Shown here: piece by piece, positions 46,606 through 56,248 of the stretch | Position numbering within the stretch: the first letter of the stretch is position 1 | How the letters are laid out: each line of letters opens with the position of its first letter | Origin: Deferribacterales bacterium | Lineage (GTDB): Bacteria; Chrysiogenota; Deferribacteres; Deferribacterales; Geovibrionaceae | Direction: 5' to 3' | DNA: 64,000 bases | Assembly (NCBI GenBank): GCA_050253075.1 | Contig: JBFWJS010000001.1 | Location: 608,001-672,000 of the forward strand | Position numbers and translations under genes: made by a program | The notes under the pieces: model-generated | Seen by the model: the letters and a program-made list of their open reading frames with translations, nothing else | The model's database searches: none | Told to the model about the DNA's origin: nothing

Positions 46606-47934
46606 ATGAACTCTTTTATTAACTTTTTTAAAGTTAGCGAGCGTGGCTCGACGGTCTCCAGAGAGGCTCTGGGCGGGCTTACCACATACATGACGCTGGC
46701 TTACATCGTATTTGTCCAGCCTGTGGTTTTATCTGCTGCGGGGATGGATTTCGGCTCCGTTTTCACTGCTACATGCCTCAGCTCGGCCATTGCATGTATA
46801 CTTATGGGTATATTTGCGAACTATCCTATAGCTCTCGGGCCTGCAATGGGGCACAATTTCTATTTTGTTTACGCTGTTGTACTCGGCATGAAGATGTCAT
46901 GGCAGCAGGCTCTTACTACTGTATTTATAGCCGGTATATTATTCTTTATCCTGTCGCTTACAAAGATCCGTCAGGTAATAATAGATGCTATTCCGCAGCC
47001 GCTAAATGCCGCTATCGCAGCGGGTATCGGTCTTATGATAGCCCTTATCGGCCTTGAATGGGCGGGAATAATCGTCCCTGTGCCAGGCACTATTGTCGGT
47101 CTCGGTGATCTGACCAGTCCGCCTGTAGTACTTGCCATATTCGGGCTTTTGGTTACGGGCATCTTTCTCGTGCGTAAAGTCAGCGGAGCTATACTCTATG
47201 GTATTATCCTGTCCATTATAGCAGGGCTTATCTTCGGTATGATAAAGTTTCAGGGTGTTGTCTCGGCTCCGCCTTCGATGGCTCCGACATTCCTGCAATT
47301 CGATTTTTCAAATATATTCACAGTCGATGTGATAGTAGTTATCGCCATATTCCTTTTCCTCGATATCTTCGACACGCTGGGCACTATGATAGGTCTTGCG
47401 CCTGAGCTCGGTGTCGTTAAAGACGGGAAATACGACATAAACAAAAATGCATTCCTCGCAGACTCCGCAGGGACTGTCTTCGGTGCGATGTTTGGTACAT
47501 CCACACTGACAAGCTATGTGGAAAGCTCTGCTGGTATCAACGCAGGCGCAAAGACGGGTATCGCCGCTATCGTTACGGGTATACTTTTACTTATCACGCC
47601 GTTTTTCAGCCCTATTGTAAATATGGTGGGAGGCGGTATCGCTATAGACCCGGAGACAACTCTTTATCCTGTGACGGCTCCTGCACTTATCATCATAGGG
47701 GTTATGATGATGAGATCGGCGAAAGACATATTATGGGATCAGCCTGCCGATGCTATACCTGCATTCCTCACGATCATGATGATGCAGCTGACAGTAAGCA
47801 TGACAGACGGTATTGCATTCGGTTTCATCTCATACAGTGCACTTTCCATTTTCAGCGGAAAATTTACTAAGACAAGCCCTGCGATACATATCTGTGCCGT
47901 ATTGCTGCTTATCCGTTACATCTGGTTTGTATAA
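46606..47934 (+). CDS. NCS2/AzgA purine permease
   Basis: GGLTTYMT.AYI, P.MG.NF, FDT.GT, YVESSAG. Confidence 0.93.
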   Translation: MNSFINFFKVSERGSTVSREALGGLTTYMTLAYIVFVQPVVLSAAGMDFGSVFTATCLSSAIACILMGIFANYPIALGPAMGHNFYFVYAVVLGMKMSWQQALTTVFIAGILFFILSLTKIRQVIIDAIPQPLNAAIAAGIGLMIALIGLEWAGIIVPVPGTIVGLGDLTSPPVVLAIFGLLVTGIFLVRKVSGAILYGIILSIIAGLIFGMIKFQGVVSAPPSMAPTFLQFDFSNIFTVDVIVVIAIFLFLDIFDTLGTMIGLAPELGVVKDGKYDINKNAFLADSAGTVFGAMFGTSTLTSYVESSAGINAGAKTGIAAIVTGILLLITPFFSPIVNMVGGGIAIDPETTLYPVTAPALIIIGVMMMRSAKDILWDQPADAIPAFLTIMMMQLTVSMTDGIAFGFISYSALSIFSGKFTKTSPAIHICAVLLLIRYIWFV

Positions 47935-49505
47935 TGAGAATATCAGGTAACATCGTAGACATACTTTCGAAAGAGATCTACGCAGGCAGTATCGTCATAA
48001 AAGACGGTGTTATCAGTGAGATAATAAGAGACGGCGGGGAGTATGACAGATACATACTCCCGCCTTTTATAGACGCCCATGTGCATGTGGAGAGCTCCAT
48101 GCTGGTGCCGACAGAGTTCGCACGGCTGGCAAGCGTACACGGCACTGGGGCATCCGTTTCCGACCCGCACGAGATAGCAAACGTGCTCGGCATGGACGGC
48201 GTAAAATTCATGCTGGAAAATGCGGAAAACACACCTTTCAGATTTTACTTCGGTGCACCCTCATGCGTGCCCGCCACCCCCTTTGAAACTGCGGGGGGCG
48301 AAGTTACCCTTGAGGACATCAGAGAGCTTTTCAAAGACGACCGTATAAAATACCTCAGCGAGATGATGAATGTGCCGGGCGTTCTTTACGACGATGCAGG
48401 CGTAAAGGCGAAGCTGGAAGCCGCTCTGGATGCGGGCAGGATGATAGACGGCCATGCGCCGACACTCATGGGTGAAGGGCTCGGAAAGTATGTGAGATCG
48501 GGGATAACATCCGATCATGAAGCAATAAGCTATGACGAAGGTCTGGCGAAGATAGAGCTGGGCATGAAGGTGCAGATACGTGAAGGCTCCGCAGCGAAAA
48601 ACTTTGAAGAGCTTTACGAGCTGATGAAGGATCATCCGCAGATGTGCATGCTGTGCAGTGACGACCTGCACCCTGATAACCTTGCAAAAGGGCATATAAA
48701 CCTGCTGGTGAAGCGTGCCTTGGATAACGGCGTTCCGTTGATGAACGTGCTGTACAGCGCATGTGTGACCCCTGTGGAGCACTATGGGCTGGAGTGCGGA
48801 CTGCTCCGCAAAGGCGACAGCGTAGACATGATAGTCGTCGGCAGTCTGGATGAGATGAACGTGACAGAAACATATATCAAAGGCGAACTTTGCGCAAAGA
48901 ACGGCAGACCTATGCTGAAATCTGTAAAGACTGAGCATGTGAACCTGTTCGAGGCGAAAGAGAAATCCCCCGCTGACTTTGCATCCGATGTTGTCGAGAC
49001 GGACATAATAGTGGTCGAGGACGGACAGCTCGTCACCGGGCGCATGAAAGGCAGTCCCAATGACGAAGGCGTGCTGAAAATGACCGTGGTGAACAGATAC
49101 GCCGATGCGGCTCCTGCTGTCGGTTTTGTGAAGAATTTCGGGCTGAAAGCGGGTGCCATAGCATCCAGCGTGGCCCATGATTCACATAATATCATATGCG
49201 TCGGATGCGATGACGAGAGCATCGCAAAAGCCGTGAATATAGTTATAAAGAACAGGGGCGGACTCTCCGCCGTGACACCTGAAAAGGTTATAGAACTCCC
49301 CCTTCCCGTGGGCGGTCTCATGACTGACGCAGACGGGTATGAAACCGCCGATCTGTATCAGCAGATAGATAAAACGGCGAAGGAAATGGGCTCGGAGCTG
49401 ACCTCTCCTTTCATGACCCTTTCTTTTATGGCTCTTTTAGTGATCCCTGAGCTGAAATTGAGCGATAAGGGACTTTTTGACGGTGTGGCGTTCAAATTTA
49501 TTTAG
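47934..49505 (+). CDS. ade: Adenine deaminase
   Basis: DAHVHVESS, DPHEIANV, DGHAP, REGSAA, AHDSHN. Confidence 0.96.
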   Translation: MRISGNIVDILSKEIYAGSIVIKDGVISEIIRDGGEYDRYILPPFIDAHVHVESSMLVPTEFARLASVHGTGASVSDPHEIANVLGMDGVKFMLENAENTPFRFYFGAPSCVPATPFETAGGEVTLEDIRELFKDDRIKYLSEMMNVPGVLYDDAGVKAKLEAALDAGRMIDGHAPTLMGEGLGKYVRSGITSDHEAISYDEGLAKIELGMKVQIREGSAAKNFEELYELMKDHPQMCMLCSDDLHPDNLAKGHINLLVKRALDNGVPLMNVLYSACVTPVEHYGLECGLLRKGDSVDMIVVGSLDEMNVTETYIKGELCAKNGRPMLKSVKTEHVNLFEAKEKSPADFASDVVETDIIVVEDGQLVTGRMKGSPNDEGVLKMTVVNRYADAAPAVGFVKNFGLKAGAIASSVAHDSHNIICVGCDDESIAKAVNIVIKNRGGLSAVTPEKVIELPLPVGGLMTDADGYETADLYQQIDKTAKEMGSELTSPFMTLSFMALLVIPELKLSDKGLFDGVAFKFI

Positions 49506-49621
49506 ACTTGCGCATCAAAAAGCTGTGTTATAATAGTTATAACAATTCCGAAAACAGATCAGAACAGGCTTCAAGGGGATCAGGCTCCTTATGTACATCT
49601 CATTTATAATGGGAGGAAGGC

Positions 49622-49870
49622 ATGGGCAGAAGATCATATTTTTCGCAGACACCCGAGTTTTATAAGAACTTTCATCAGATGATAAGCAACTATTGCATGG
49701 CTCACGAGGGCGAACCCGCCATCAGCCTTGAGATGCTGGAAAGCTATATGAACGACAATGCCGACGAGGCAGAGGTGTTCATGCGCATGTTTCGTCTGAT
49801 CAGCGACGGGCTCCAGGCTCAGGAGTGCGGTATCGCCGGCTACGAACAGCAGGTTCAGGAACTCAGCTAG
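49622..49870 (+). CDS. Small hypothetical protein
   Basis: GGAGG RBS; own upstream promoter-like and downstream terminator signals. Confidence 0.6.
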   Translation: MGRRSYFSQTPEFYKNFHQMISNYCMAHEGEPAISLEMLESYMNDNADEAEVFMRMFRLISDGLQAQECGIAGYEQQVQELS

Positions 49871-49902
49871 AAATTAAAGAGGGTTTTTGATGAACGATAT
49901 AC

Positions 49903-49936
49903 GGGGCTTTCTGGTCATTGCAGGGAGCCCTTTTTT
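49903..49936 (+). terminator. Rho-independent terminator
   Basis: GGGCTTTCTG...CAGGGAGCCC followed by T6. Confidence 0.75.
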
Positions 49937-49989
49937 AATATATAGTATAGTTTCACACAAATGCTGAAAACTACTTGGAGTTTCAAAAA

Positions 49990-50769
49990 ATGGAAAAGAT
50001 ATTACACCTTATCTATTTCTCCCCCACAGGTACTTCCCGTTCTATAGGACGTGCCGTTTCTTCAGGATTCGAAGGTTACGAGATCAGAGAATACGACCTC
50101 ACACGCCCCGACAGCTATCTGGACATGAGGATTTTGGACGGATTAGCCGTTTTTTCTTTTCCCGTGTACGGCGGACGCATGCAGAAGGATGCGCTGGAAC
50201 GTATGCAGGAACTGACAGGGCATGAGGTTCCGGCTGTGCTCGCAGTCGTTTATGGAAACAGAGCCTTCGAAGATGCCCTTGTGGAGCTGAGGGATGTCGT
50301 GTCCCGGAGAGGCTTCGTACCTTTCGCCGGTGCTGCCTTCATAGGTGAGCACTCATATGCCGATGCGGAACACCCTATTGCTCTCGGGCGTCCCGACGAG
50401 GCTGACCTCGCCGATGCGAAGAAATTCGGCAAACAGGCATTCATGAAGGTCTTTATGGATGACACATCCGTGCCTGATATGGCGGGGAATGTGCCCTATA
50501 AAGAGACGATGCTCGCCAAAGGCGCAACGCCGAAGACAAACGACACCTGCATAGCCTGCGGAGCCTGCGTGAAAGTATGCCCGACAAAGGCTATAAAGAT
50601 ATCAGGCGGAAAGTCTGTGTCGAACGGTGACAAGTGCATCATGTGTATGGCATGCGCTAAAAAATGCGCAAAAGATTCCAGATATATCGATGTGCCTGTT
50701 CTGCTGGAGCGTATTGAAATGCTTGTGAATAACTGCGCCGAGCGTAAGAGCCCGAGCATATTTATCTAA
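49990..50769 (+). CDS. Flavodoxin-like/4Fe-4S ferredoxin fusion (EFR1-like)
   Basis: YFSPTGTS, VYGNRAFEDAL.EL, two CxxCxxCxxxC motifs. Confidence 0.9.
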   Translation: MEKILHLIYFSPTGTSRSIGRAVSSGFEGYEIREYDLTRPDSYLDMRILDGLAVFSFPVYGGRMQKDALERMQELTGHEVPAVLAVVYGNRAFEDALVELRDVVSRRGFVPFAGAAFIGEHSYADAEHPIALGRPDEADLADAKKFGKQAFMKVFMDDTSVPDMAGNVPYKETMLAKGATPKTNDTCIACGACVKVCPTKAIKISGGKSVSNGDKCIMCMACAKKCAKDSRYIDVPVLLERIEMLVNNCAERKSPSIFI

Positions 50770-51319
50770 GGAGTGAGTCTATCTCTGCCAGCTTGGCGGA
50801 TTCACCCTGAAGTTTGACTGTCACCCTGTCTGCGGAGAAATCCCGCGCCAGCACCGTCAGACCGAGCCTGTCTATATGATAGTCCGTCTGTCTGGTCATG
50901 TCGTATGGTATCTCTACGGTCAGGGTGTTCAGGCTGTCCGTGTCTATCAGCTCTGCCATGCCCGCTGCTTCCTGCCCCGCATCATTATACGCCCGCACCA
51001 GCCCGCCCGTGCCCAGCTTTACCCCGCCGAAATACCGCACGGTGATGATGGCGCACTCTATGAGATCGTGCCCCTGTAATACTTTCAATGTCGGTTTTCC
51101 GCTGGTGTTCTTCGGCTCGCCGTCGTCAGAGCAGTTTTCGACTATCTGCCCGTGCTCGTTCAGGGTGCGTGTAGCCCAGACGAAATGCCGTCCCTTCGGG
51201 TGGTCTTCTTTCAGCTTTTTCATGTATTCGTCAAACATGGCGTAGGGGATGAGGTGCGCTATGAACTGCGACTTTTTGATCTCAAGGCTGACGCTGACGG
51301 GGGCATTAACGGTGAACAT
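50762..51319 (-). CDS. YigZ/IMPACT family protein
   Basis: IKKSQF, SDDGEP..T.G.P, RYFGG.KLG.GGL.RAY. Confidence 0.95.
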   Translation of the reverse strand: MFTVNAPVSVSLEIKKSQFIAHLIPYAMFDEYMKKLKEDHPKGRHFVWATRTLNEHGQIVENCSDDGEPKNTSGKPTLKVLQGHDLIECAIITVRYFGGVKLGTGGLVRAYNDAGQEAAGMAELIDTDSLNTLTVEIPYDMTRQTDYHIDRLGLTVLARDFSADRVTVKLQGESAKLAEIDSLLR

Positions 51320-52071
51320 CAGATGCCGAACTCGAAGTGTGCGTCTGATACGCCTGCTCTGCCGTAGGTGCGCTCTGTAAAGGAGACGCTGCCGTCTTTA
51401 TCTATGGTCAGCACTGTGGAGCAGCGTGTGCCGTAGGTTTCGCTTTTGATAAACATGGGCGAGAGCATCCGTTCTTTCTCTATACCGACGCCTGTTTCGG
51501 GCAGGGTTTCGTCGGGGGCGGATGCGCTGTCTGCCAGCATGCGGAAGAGGTCTTCCCTTTTAAACGGCGCAGAGATTATATTTTGTAGGTTTGCCTTCCC
51601 TTTTGCGACCTTTGGCCATGGGGTGTCGAGCAGATGATTGCTCAGCCCGTAGAGCCCGCTGCCGAGGGGGATGGTCTCCTGAGTTTTATTAGAGTAATAG
51701 TTCAGGCTGTCCATACAGCCGAAGATGAGGTTGTATCCGTTATACTGCTCTGCCGTCTCATTCAGAACGCCCGCATAAGAGGCCGCAGTTAGTCCGTCCG
51801 TGAGGAAATCTTTCACGAGCCTTCCTCGGGATGCTTTATGGGGCTGCATGTCGGCGGGGTTGCGGTAGTTTGTCAGTGCGGCGAACTTTCCGCATTCGCT
51901 GATACCCATCCATGTGCCGCCTGCGTGGTGGTCTACCCCTGCGAGGATGTTCGGCTTTGATCCGTGCCAGCGGGCTTCGCCCGTTGGTCTGGCATAAAAT
52001 TCGTCACGGTTAGCAGCCAGTATCAGGTCATATTTTGGGTGGTTTTTATAAGCAAATAATATCAGACACAT
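51319..52071 (-). CDS. NRDE (TANGO2) family protein
   Basis: MCL start, ANRDEF, GGTW.G, YGTR. Confidence 0.95.
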   Translation of the reverse strand: MCLILFAYKNHPKYDLILAANRDEFYARPTGEARWHGSKPNILAGVDHHAGGTWMGISECGKFAALTNYRNPADMQPHKASRGRLVKDFLTDGLTAASYAGVLNETAEQYNGYNLIFGCMDSLNYYSNKTQETIPLGSGLYGLSNHLLDTPWPKVAKGKANLQNIISAPFKREDLFRMLADSASAPDETLPETGVGIEKERMLSPMFIKSETYGTRCSTVLTIDKDGSVSFTERTYGRAGVSDAHFEFGI

Positions 52072-52184
52072 ATGAGGAATATAGCGAAAACGGGCATCTT
52101 TTGCCATAAAAAAAGCCCTCTGTGCAGACAGGGTATTCAAAAGATATTTCGAAAATATCCAGAGAATGAAAGTTATCCGAAAAA

Positions 52185-52320
52185 GTCATTCTGAGTAGCC
52201 ATCGGCGACGTGAGAATCTAGAGAGCTTTGATAATTAAGAGGTTAAAGTCACTGTGACAAGCAGTGTTAGATAAACTGTGACCTGAGATGCCTACGGCTT
52301 CTTTGAAGCCTCAGCATGAC
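52185..52320. repeat. Palindromic REP/MITE-like element, copy 1
   Basis: GTCATTCTGAG...CGACGTGAGAATCT ... AGATGCCTAC...CTCAGCATGAC. Confidence 0.75.
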
Positions 52321-52447
52321 AGTATGAACTGAAAATATTTTTCCGAAAGATAAAAACCCCAATCTTGTTGTCAAAATTGGGGTTCTATTATTTTGCTTCA
52401 AAATTTCAACACGGTTCAGGAACTGCCCTCTCTGCAGAGGGCTTAAA

Positions 52448-52783
52448 TTATATTTTTTCGTTATAGATCTCTTCGTTAAATCCGACGATCCATGTGTCGC
52501 CTATTTTGATAGTGGGTGCACGGAGGGTCCCGCTTCTGCCCATGGCTATCTGCAGCACTTCGAACCTGTCTGCATCCGCAGTATCCAGCTCGACGTACTT
52601 TTGTCCTTTGGCTATCAGTATCTTCTTACCCGAGGATATCTTTGCCCAGGCCTCATCGGCCTCTATTTTCACTTTTCTGGCTTCAACGATCTCCGCAACA
52701 TTGATTTTCTTACGCTCAAGAACCTCCTGAGCTTTCCTGCAGGATGTTCAGCCGGCTCGAAAATACATCCAATCAATTGTCAT
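52448..52783 (-). CDS. ArsC/Spx-like selenoprotein (UxxC)
   Basis: GAGG RBS and ATG at 52783; MTIDWMYFRAG-TGA-TSCRKA continues in frame into GRSGTLRAP; SECIS-like hairpin at 52714-52732. Confidence 0.88.
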
Positions 52784-52846
52784 AGTACACCTCACTTGTA
52801 TAATAATACCATATTATCATTAATATACGCATTACGGCTGTAAAAT

Positions 52847-53710
52847 TTATAAAGAACGCTGAAAAATGCCCATCATGTTATAAACCAGCTGTGCCGCAGC
52901 AAAGTCGAACCCGTGGAAGTGCTCTATCGGGGCATATTCCACCACGTCGAATCCGATGCATTTGCGTGACTGCATCACCTTTTCGATGAGCTTGTGAGAC
53001 TGATACCATGTCAGTCCGCCGGGGACAGGTGTTCCCGTTGCGGGCATGATGGAAACGTCGAAAGCGTCAATGTCGAATGTGATAAAGACATTTTCGGGGA
53101 AGTAAGGGGGTAGCTCAAACGTGGCATCTCCGCCAGAGCAGAGCTCGTCGGCATCCATATAGTGGACATTGTGCCTGAGGCGCAGATTATGCTCCTCCAT
53201 GCTGTAGCTGCGTGTGCCTAGCTGATAGAAAGGTATGTCGAGGTCGAATATACGCTTCATCACGCATGCGTGGCTGAATTTTGTACCGTCGTATTCTTCT
53301 CTCAGGTCTGCATGTGCGTCGAACTGCACCACACAGAAATCCTTTCCGTATTTATTATACAGTGCCTCTATGGCTCCGTATGTGACAGTGTGCTCACCGC
53401 CGAGCAGAACGGGTATCTTGTTCAGCTCGATGGTCTTTGTCACTGCGTTTGTTATGTTTAAAAGGGTCTCTTTTATCGTACCTGTACAGTCTATTGGCGG
53501 ATATGTGTATATGCCAAGCTCTGCGGGTACTGTATGGTTGTCGAATGTCTCGAGCTGTGCGGATGCCTCGAGTATCGCTCTCGGGCCGTCTGCCGTGCCT
53601 CCGCCGAAGGAGACAGTGCGTTCATACGGCGCAGGGATAACGTGGAAAAGGGCATTCTCGGGAGCCGAGGGCTCTACATCGTCTCCGTGAAAGTTGATAA
53701 TATCGCTCAT
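52847..53710 (-). CDS. speB: Agmatinase
   Basis: GGEH, DAHADLR, TFDIDAFD, GTPVPGG. Confidence 0.94.
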   Translation of the reverse strand: MSDIINFHGDDVEPSAPENALFHVIPAPYERTVSFGGGTADGPRAILEASAQLETFDNHTVPAELGIYTYPPIDCTGTIKETLLNITNAVTKTIELNKIPVLLGGEHTVTYGAIEALYNKYGKDFCVVQFDAHADLREEYDGTKFSHACVMKRIFDLDIPFYQLGTRSYSMEEHNLRLRHNVHYMDADELCSGGDATFELPPYFPENVFITFDIDAFDVSIMPATGTPVPGGLTWYQSHKLIEKVMQSRKCIGFDVVEYAPIEHFHGFDFAAAQLVYNMMGIFQRSL

Positions 53711-54867
53711 GACACCCTCCCTTTATAGTCTTCGTATCCGAACCTGCGCACTACTTCGATATCCCCTTTGCTGTCAAACATGGTCAGGTCGGGCAGTTCC
53801 ACACCGTTGAACGTGGTGTTCTTTACAAAAGAGTAAAGAGCCATGTCGGTGAAGACGAGCCTGTCGCCCCGCTTCAGCGGTTTGTTGAATGAGTAGGTTC
53901 CTATGAAATCCCCTGCGAGGCATGATATCCCGCCGAGTTTATAGTCTATCTTTCTTTCGCCCGGTTCGCCCGCTCTGATAAGGTGCGGACGGTAAGGCAT
54001 CGCAAGTACATCGGGCATGTGTGTCTCTGCGGAGCAGTCGAGGACTGCTATGTCCATGCCGTTTTCTATGGTGTCGAGCACCTGAGTGACGAAAACGCCT
54101 GCGTTCAGCACGACAGCCTCCCCCGGTTCGAGGTAGACATTTATGCCGTTGTGCCTCTCACGGAAGTCGAGGATGGTCTCCACCAGCAGCTCCACGTCGT
54201 AATCCTCACGGGTGATGTGGTGTCCGCCGCCGAAGTTTATCCACTTCATTTTGTCTATCAGATGTCCGAATCTCTTTTCAAAGCTCTCCAGTACACGGAC
54301 GAGAACGTCTGCGTTCTGCTCGCACATGGCGTGGAAATGCAGTCCGTCTATCCCTGTGAGGTCTATGCCGTCCAAATCTGACGGATTTACGCCGAAGCGT
54401 GAGCCCGGTATGCATGGGTTGTAAAGGTCAACCTCTACCTCTGCGTGCCCGGGGTTACAGCGGAGCCCGACCTCTTTACCCGCAGGGATCTTATCCTTGA
54501 AAAGGTTCCACTGGGATATAGAGTTAAAGACTATATGGTCGGAGAACCTTACGGTGCGCTCGAACTGTTCGTCTTTAAATGCGGGGCTGTATGTATGTAC
54601 TTCTCTACCGAATTCCTCTCTGCCCATCTGCGCCTCGATAGGCCCGCTGGCGCATACTCCGTGCAGGTGTTCGGATATGATGTCGAACACTGCGGGCATG
54701 GCAAACGCCTTAAGGGCGAGCAGTATCTTTGCCCCCGTACGGTTCTGTACGGAGGAGAGGAGCTCGCAGTTGCGCTTTATCACCTCTCGGCTGATTAGGT
54801 AACAGGGTGTTTCCACCCTGTCTGTTATTTCTGTTGGGAAATCGGCTAAAGCCTTTTTATCTTTCAT
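53707..54867 (-). CDS. nspC: Carboxy(nor)spermidine decarboxylase
   Basis: LLALKAF, SRFG, HFHAMCEQ, GGGHHITR, EPGEA, CLAGD. Confidence 0.95.
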   Translation of the reverse strand: MKDKKALADFPTEITDRVETPCYLISREVIKRNCELLSSVQNRTGAKILLALKAFAMPAVFDIISEHLHGVCASGPIEAQMGREEFGREVHTYSPAFKDEQFERTVRFSDHIVFNSISQWNLFKDKIPAGKEVGLRCNPGHAEVEVDLYNPCIPGSRFGVNPSDLDGIDLTGIDGLHFHAMCEQNADVLVRVLESFEKRFGHLIDKMKWINFGGGHHITREDYDVELLVETILDFRERHNGINVYLEPGEAVVLNAGVFVTQVLDTIENGMDIAVLDCSAETHMPDVLAMPYRPHLIRAGEPGERKIDYKLGGISCLAGDFIGTYSFNKPLKRGDRLVFTDMALYSFVKNTTFNGVELPDLTMFDSKGDIEVVRRFGYEDYKGRVS

Positions 54868-54868
54868 A

Positions 54869-56086
54869 TTATGCAGGGAGCTCGCCTTCGAAGTCTACGA
54901 CGTTCCACGGCAGACCGCATCTGTTCAGCTCATCCATGAATGTGTCAGGGTCTAGCTGTTCTACGTTCCATACGCCTGCACCGCTCCATACGCCCTTCAC
55001 CATCATCATAGCACCTATCATAGCAGGCACGCCTGTGGTGTAGGAGACTGCCTGAGCCTGTATCTCACGGTAGCATTCTGCGTGGTCGCAAACGTTGTAT
55101 ATGTATTTCTTAAGCTGTTTTCCGTCTTTCTGTCCGTCGAATACACATCCGATAACAGCCTTGCCCGTGTAGCCCACGCCCAGTGTGCCCGGGTCGGGGA
55201 GCAGAGCTTTAAGGAACTGTATAGGAACTATCTTGCATCCGTTGAAGTCCACTTCGTCTATGCGTGTCATGCCCACGTTTGTCAGCACCTTCAGGTGTGT
55301 GATGTAGGGCTGACCGAATGTCATCCAGAATCTGATGCGCTCAAGTCCTTTGATGTTTTCCACAAGGGATTCCATCTCTTCGTGATAAAGGAGGTAGCTC
55401 TCTTTCGGGCCTGCCTCAGGGTAGTCGAATGTGAAATGTACACAGTCGTCATCGAGGATAGCAGGTGTCTCAACCCATTCGCCGTCTTTCCAGTGGCGCA
55501 CGACCTGTGTCACCTCACGGATGTTTATCTCGGGGTTGAAGTTTGTGGCGAAGGGGTGTCCGTGGTCGCCTGCGTTACAGTCGAGTATGTCTATGGTCTT
55601 TATGCTGTCGTACATGTGCTTCTGGGCGTATGCACAGAAGATGTTTGTCACGCCGGGGTCGAATCCGCATCCGAGCACAGCCATGAGACCCTTCTCTTTA
55701 AATTTGTCCTGATAAGCCCACTGCCAGCTGTATTCAAACTTTGCCTCGTCGAGGGGCTCATAGTTTGCCGTGTCGAGGTAGTGTACGTTTGCCTCGAGAC
55801 ATGCGTCCATGATGGTGAGGTCCTGATAAGGGAGCGCAACGTTGATGACCATGTAAGGCTTTTCTGCATTGAGCAGTTTTACCAGCTCAGGTACGTTATC
55901 GGCATCCACTGCCGCAGTTTTTATATTGATATCATAAAGTTTCTTAACTTCTGCTGCGATATCGTCGCACTTGCTTTTAGTACGGCTGGCGAGAACTATC
56001 TCTGTGAATACATCAGGGTTCTGCGCACATTTCTTTGCCACAACATTACCGACACCGCCTGCGCCGATGATAAGAACTTTTGCCAT
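54869..56086 (-). CDS. Carboxy(nor)spermidine dehydrogenase (saccharopine dehydrogenase family)
   Basis: GAGGVG, YLDTANYE, GFDPG, TNFNPEIN.RE; adjacent to nspC. Confidence 0.93.
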   Translation of the reverse strand: MAKVLIIGAGGVGNVVAKKCAQNPDVFTEIVLASRTKSKCDDIAAEVKKLYDINIKTAAVDADNVPELVKLLNAEKPYMVINVALPYQDLTIMDACLEANVHYLDTANYEPLDEAKFEYSWQWAYQDKFKEKGLMAVLGCGFDPGVTNIFCAYAQKHMYDSIKTIDILDCNAGDHGHPFATNFNPEINIREVTQVVRHWKDGEWVETPAILDDDCVHFTFDYPEAGPKESYLLYHEEMESLVENIKGLERIRFWMTFGQPYITHLKVLTNVGMTRIDEVDFNGCKIVPIQFLKALLPDPGTLGVGYTGKAVIGCVFDGQKDGKQLKKYIYNVCDHAECYREIQAQAVSYTTGVPAMIGAMMMVKGVWSGAGVWNVEQLDPDTFMDELNRCGLPWNVVDFEGELPA

Positions 56087-56141
56087 TTTTTCTTTCTCCT
56101 TTTTAAATCTAAGTCTGTTTTGTATTCTATATACTGTTTAG

Positions 56142-56245
56142 GTCACTGCGAGGAGGTTCGCTGAACCGACGCGGCAGTCTTCCAAGCTGGTTTAATACAG
56201 CAATGAGGGAAGATTGCCACACCCGCTCCGTGGGTTCGCAATGAC
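56142..56245. repeat. Palindromic REP/MITE-like element, copy 2
   Basis: GTCACTGCGAG...CGACGCGGCAGTCT ... AGATTGCCAC...TTCGCAATGAC. Confidence 0.75.
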
Positions 56246-56248
56246 AAA

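Noticed and set aside
55082..56164. Long antisense ORFs (also 901-1950 and 48261-49178)
   Set aside because: Shadows of well-supported genes on the opposite strand, with no motifs or RBS
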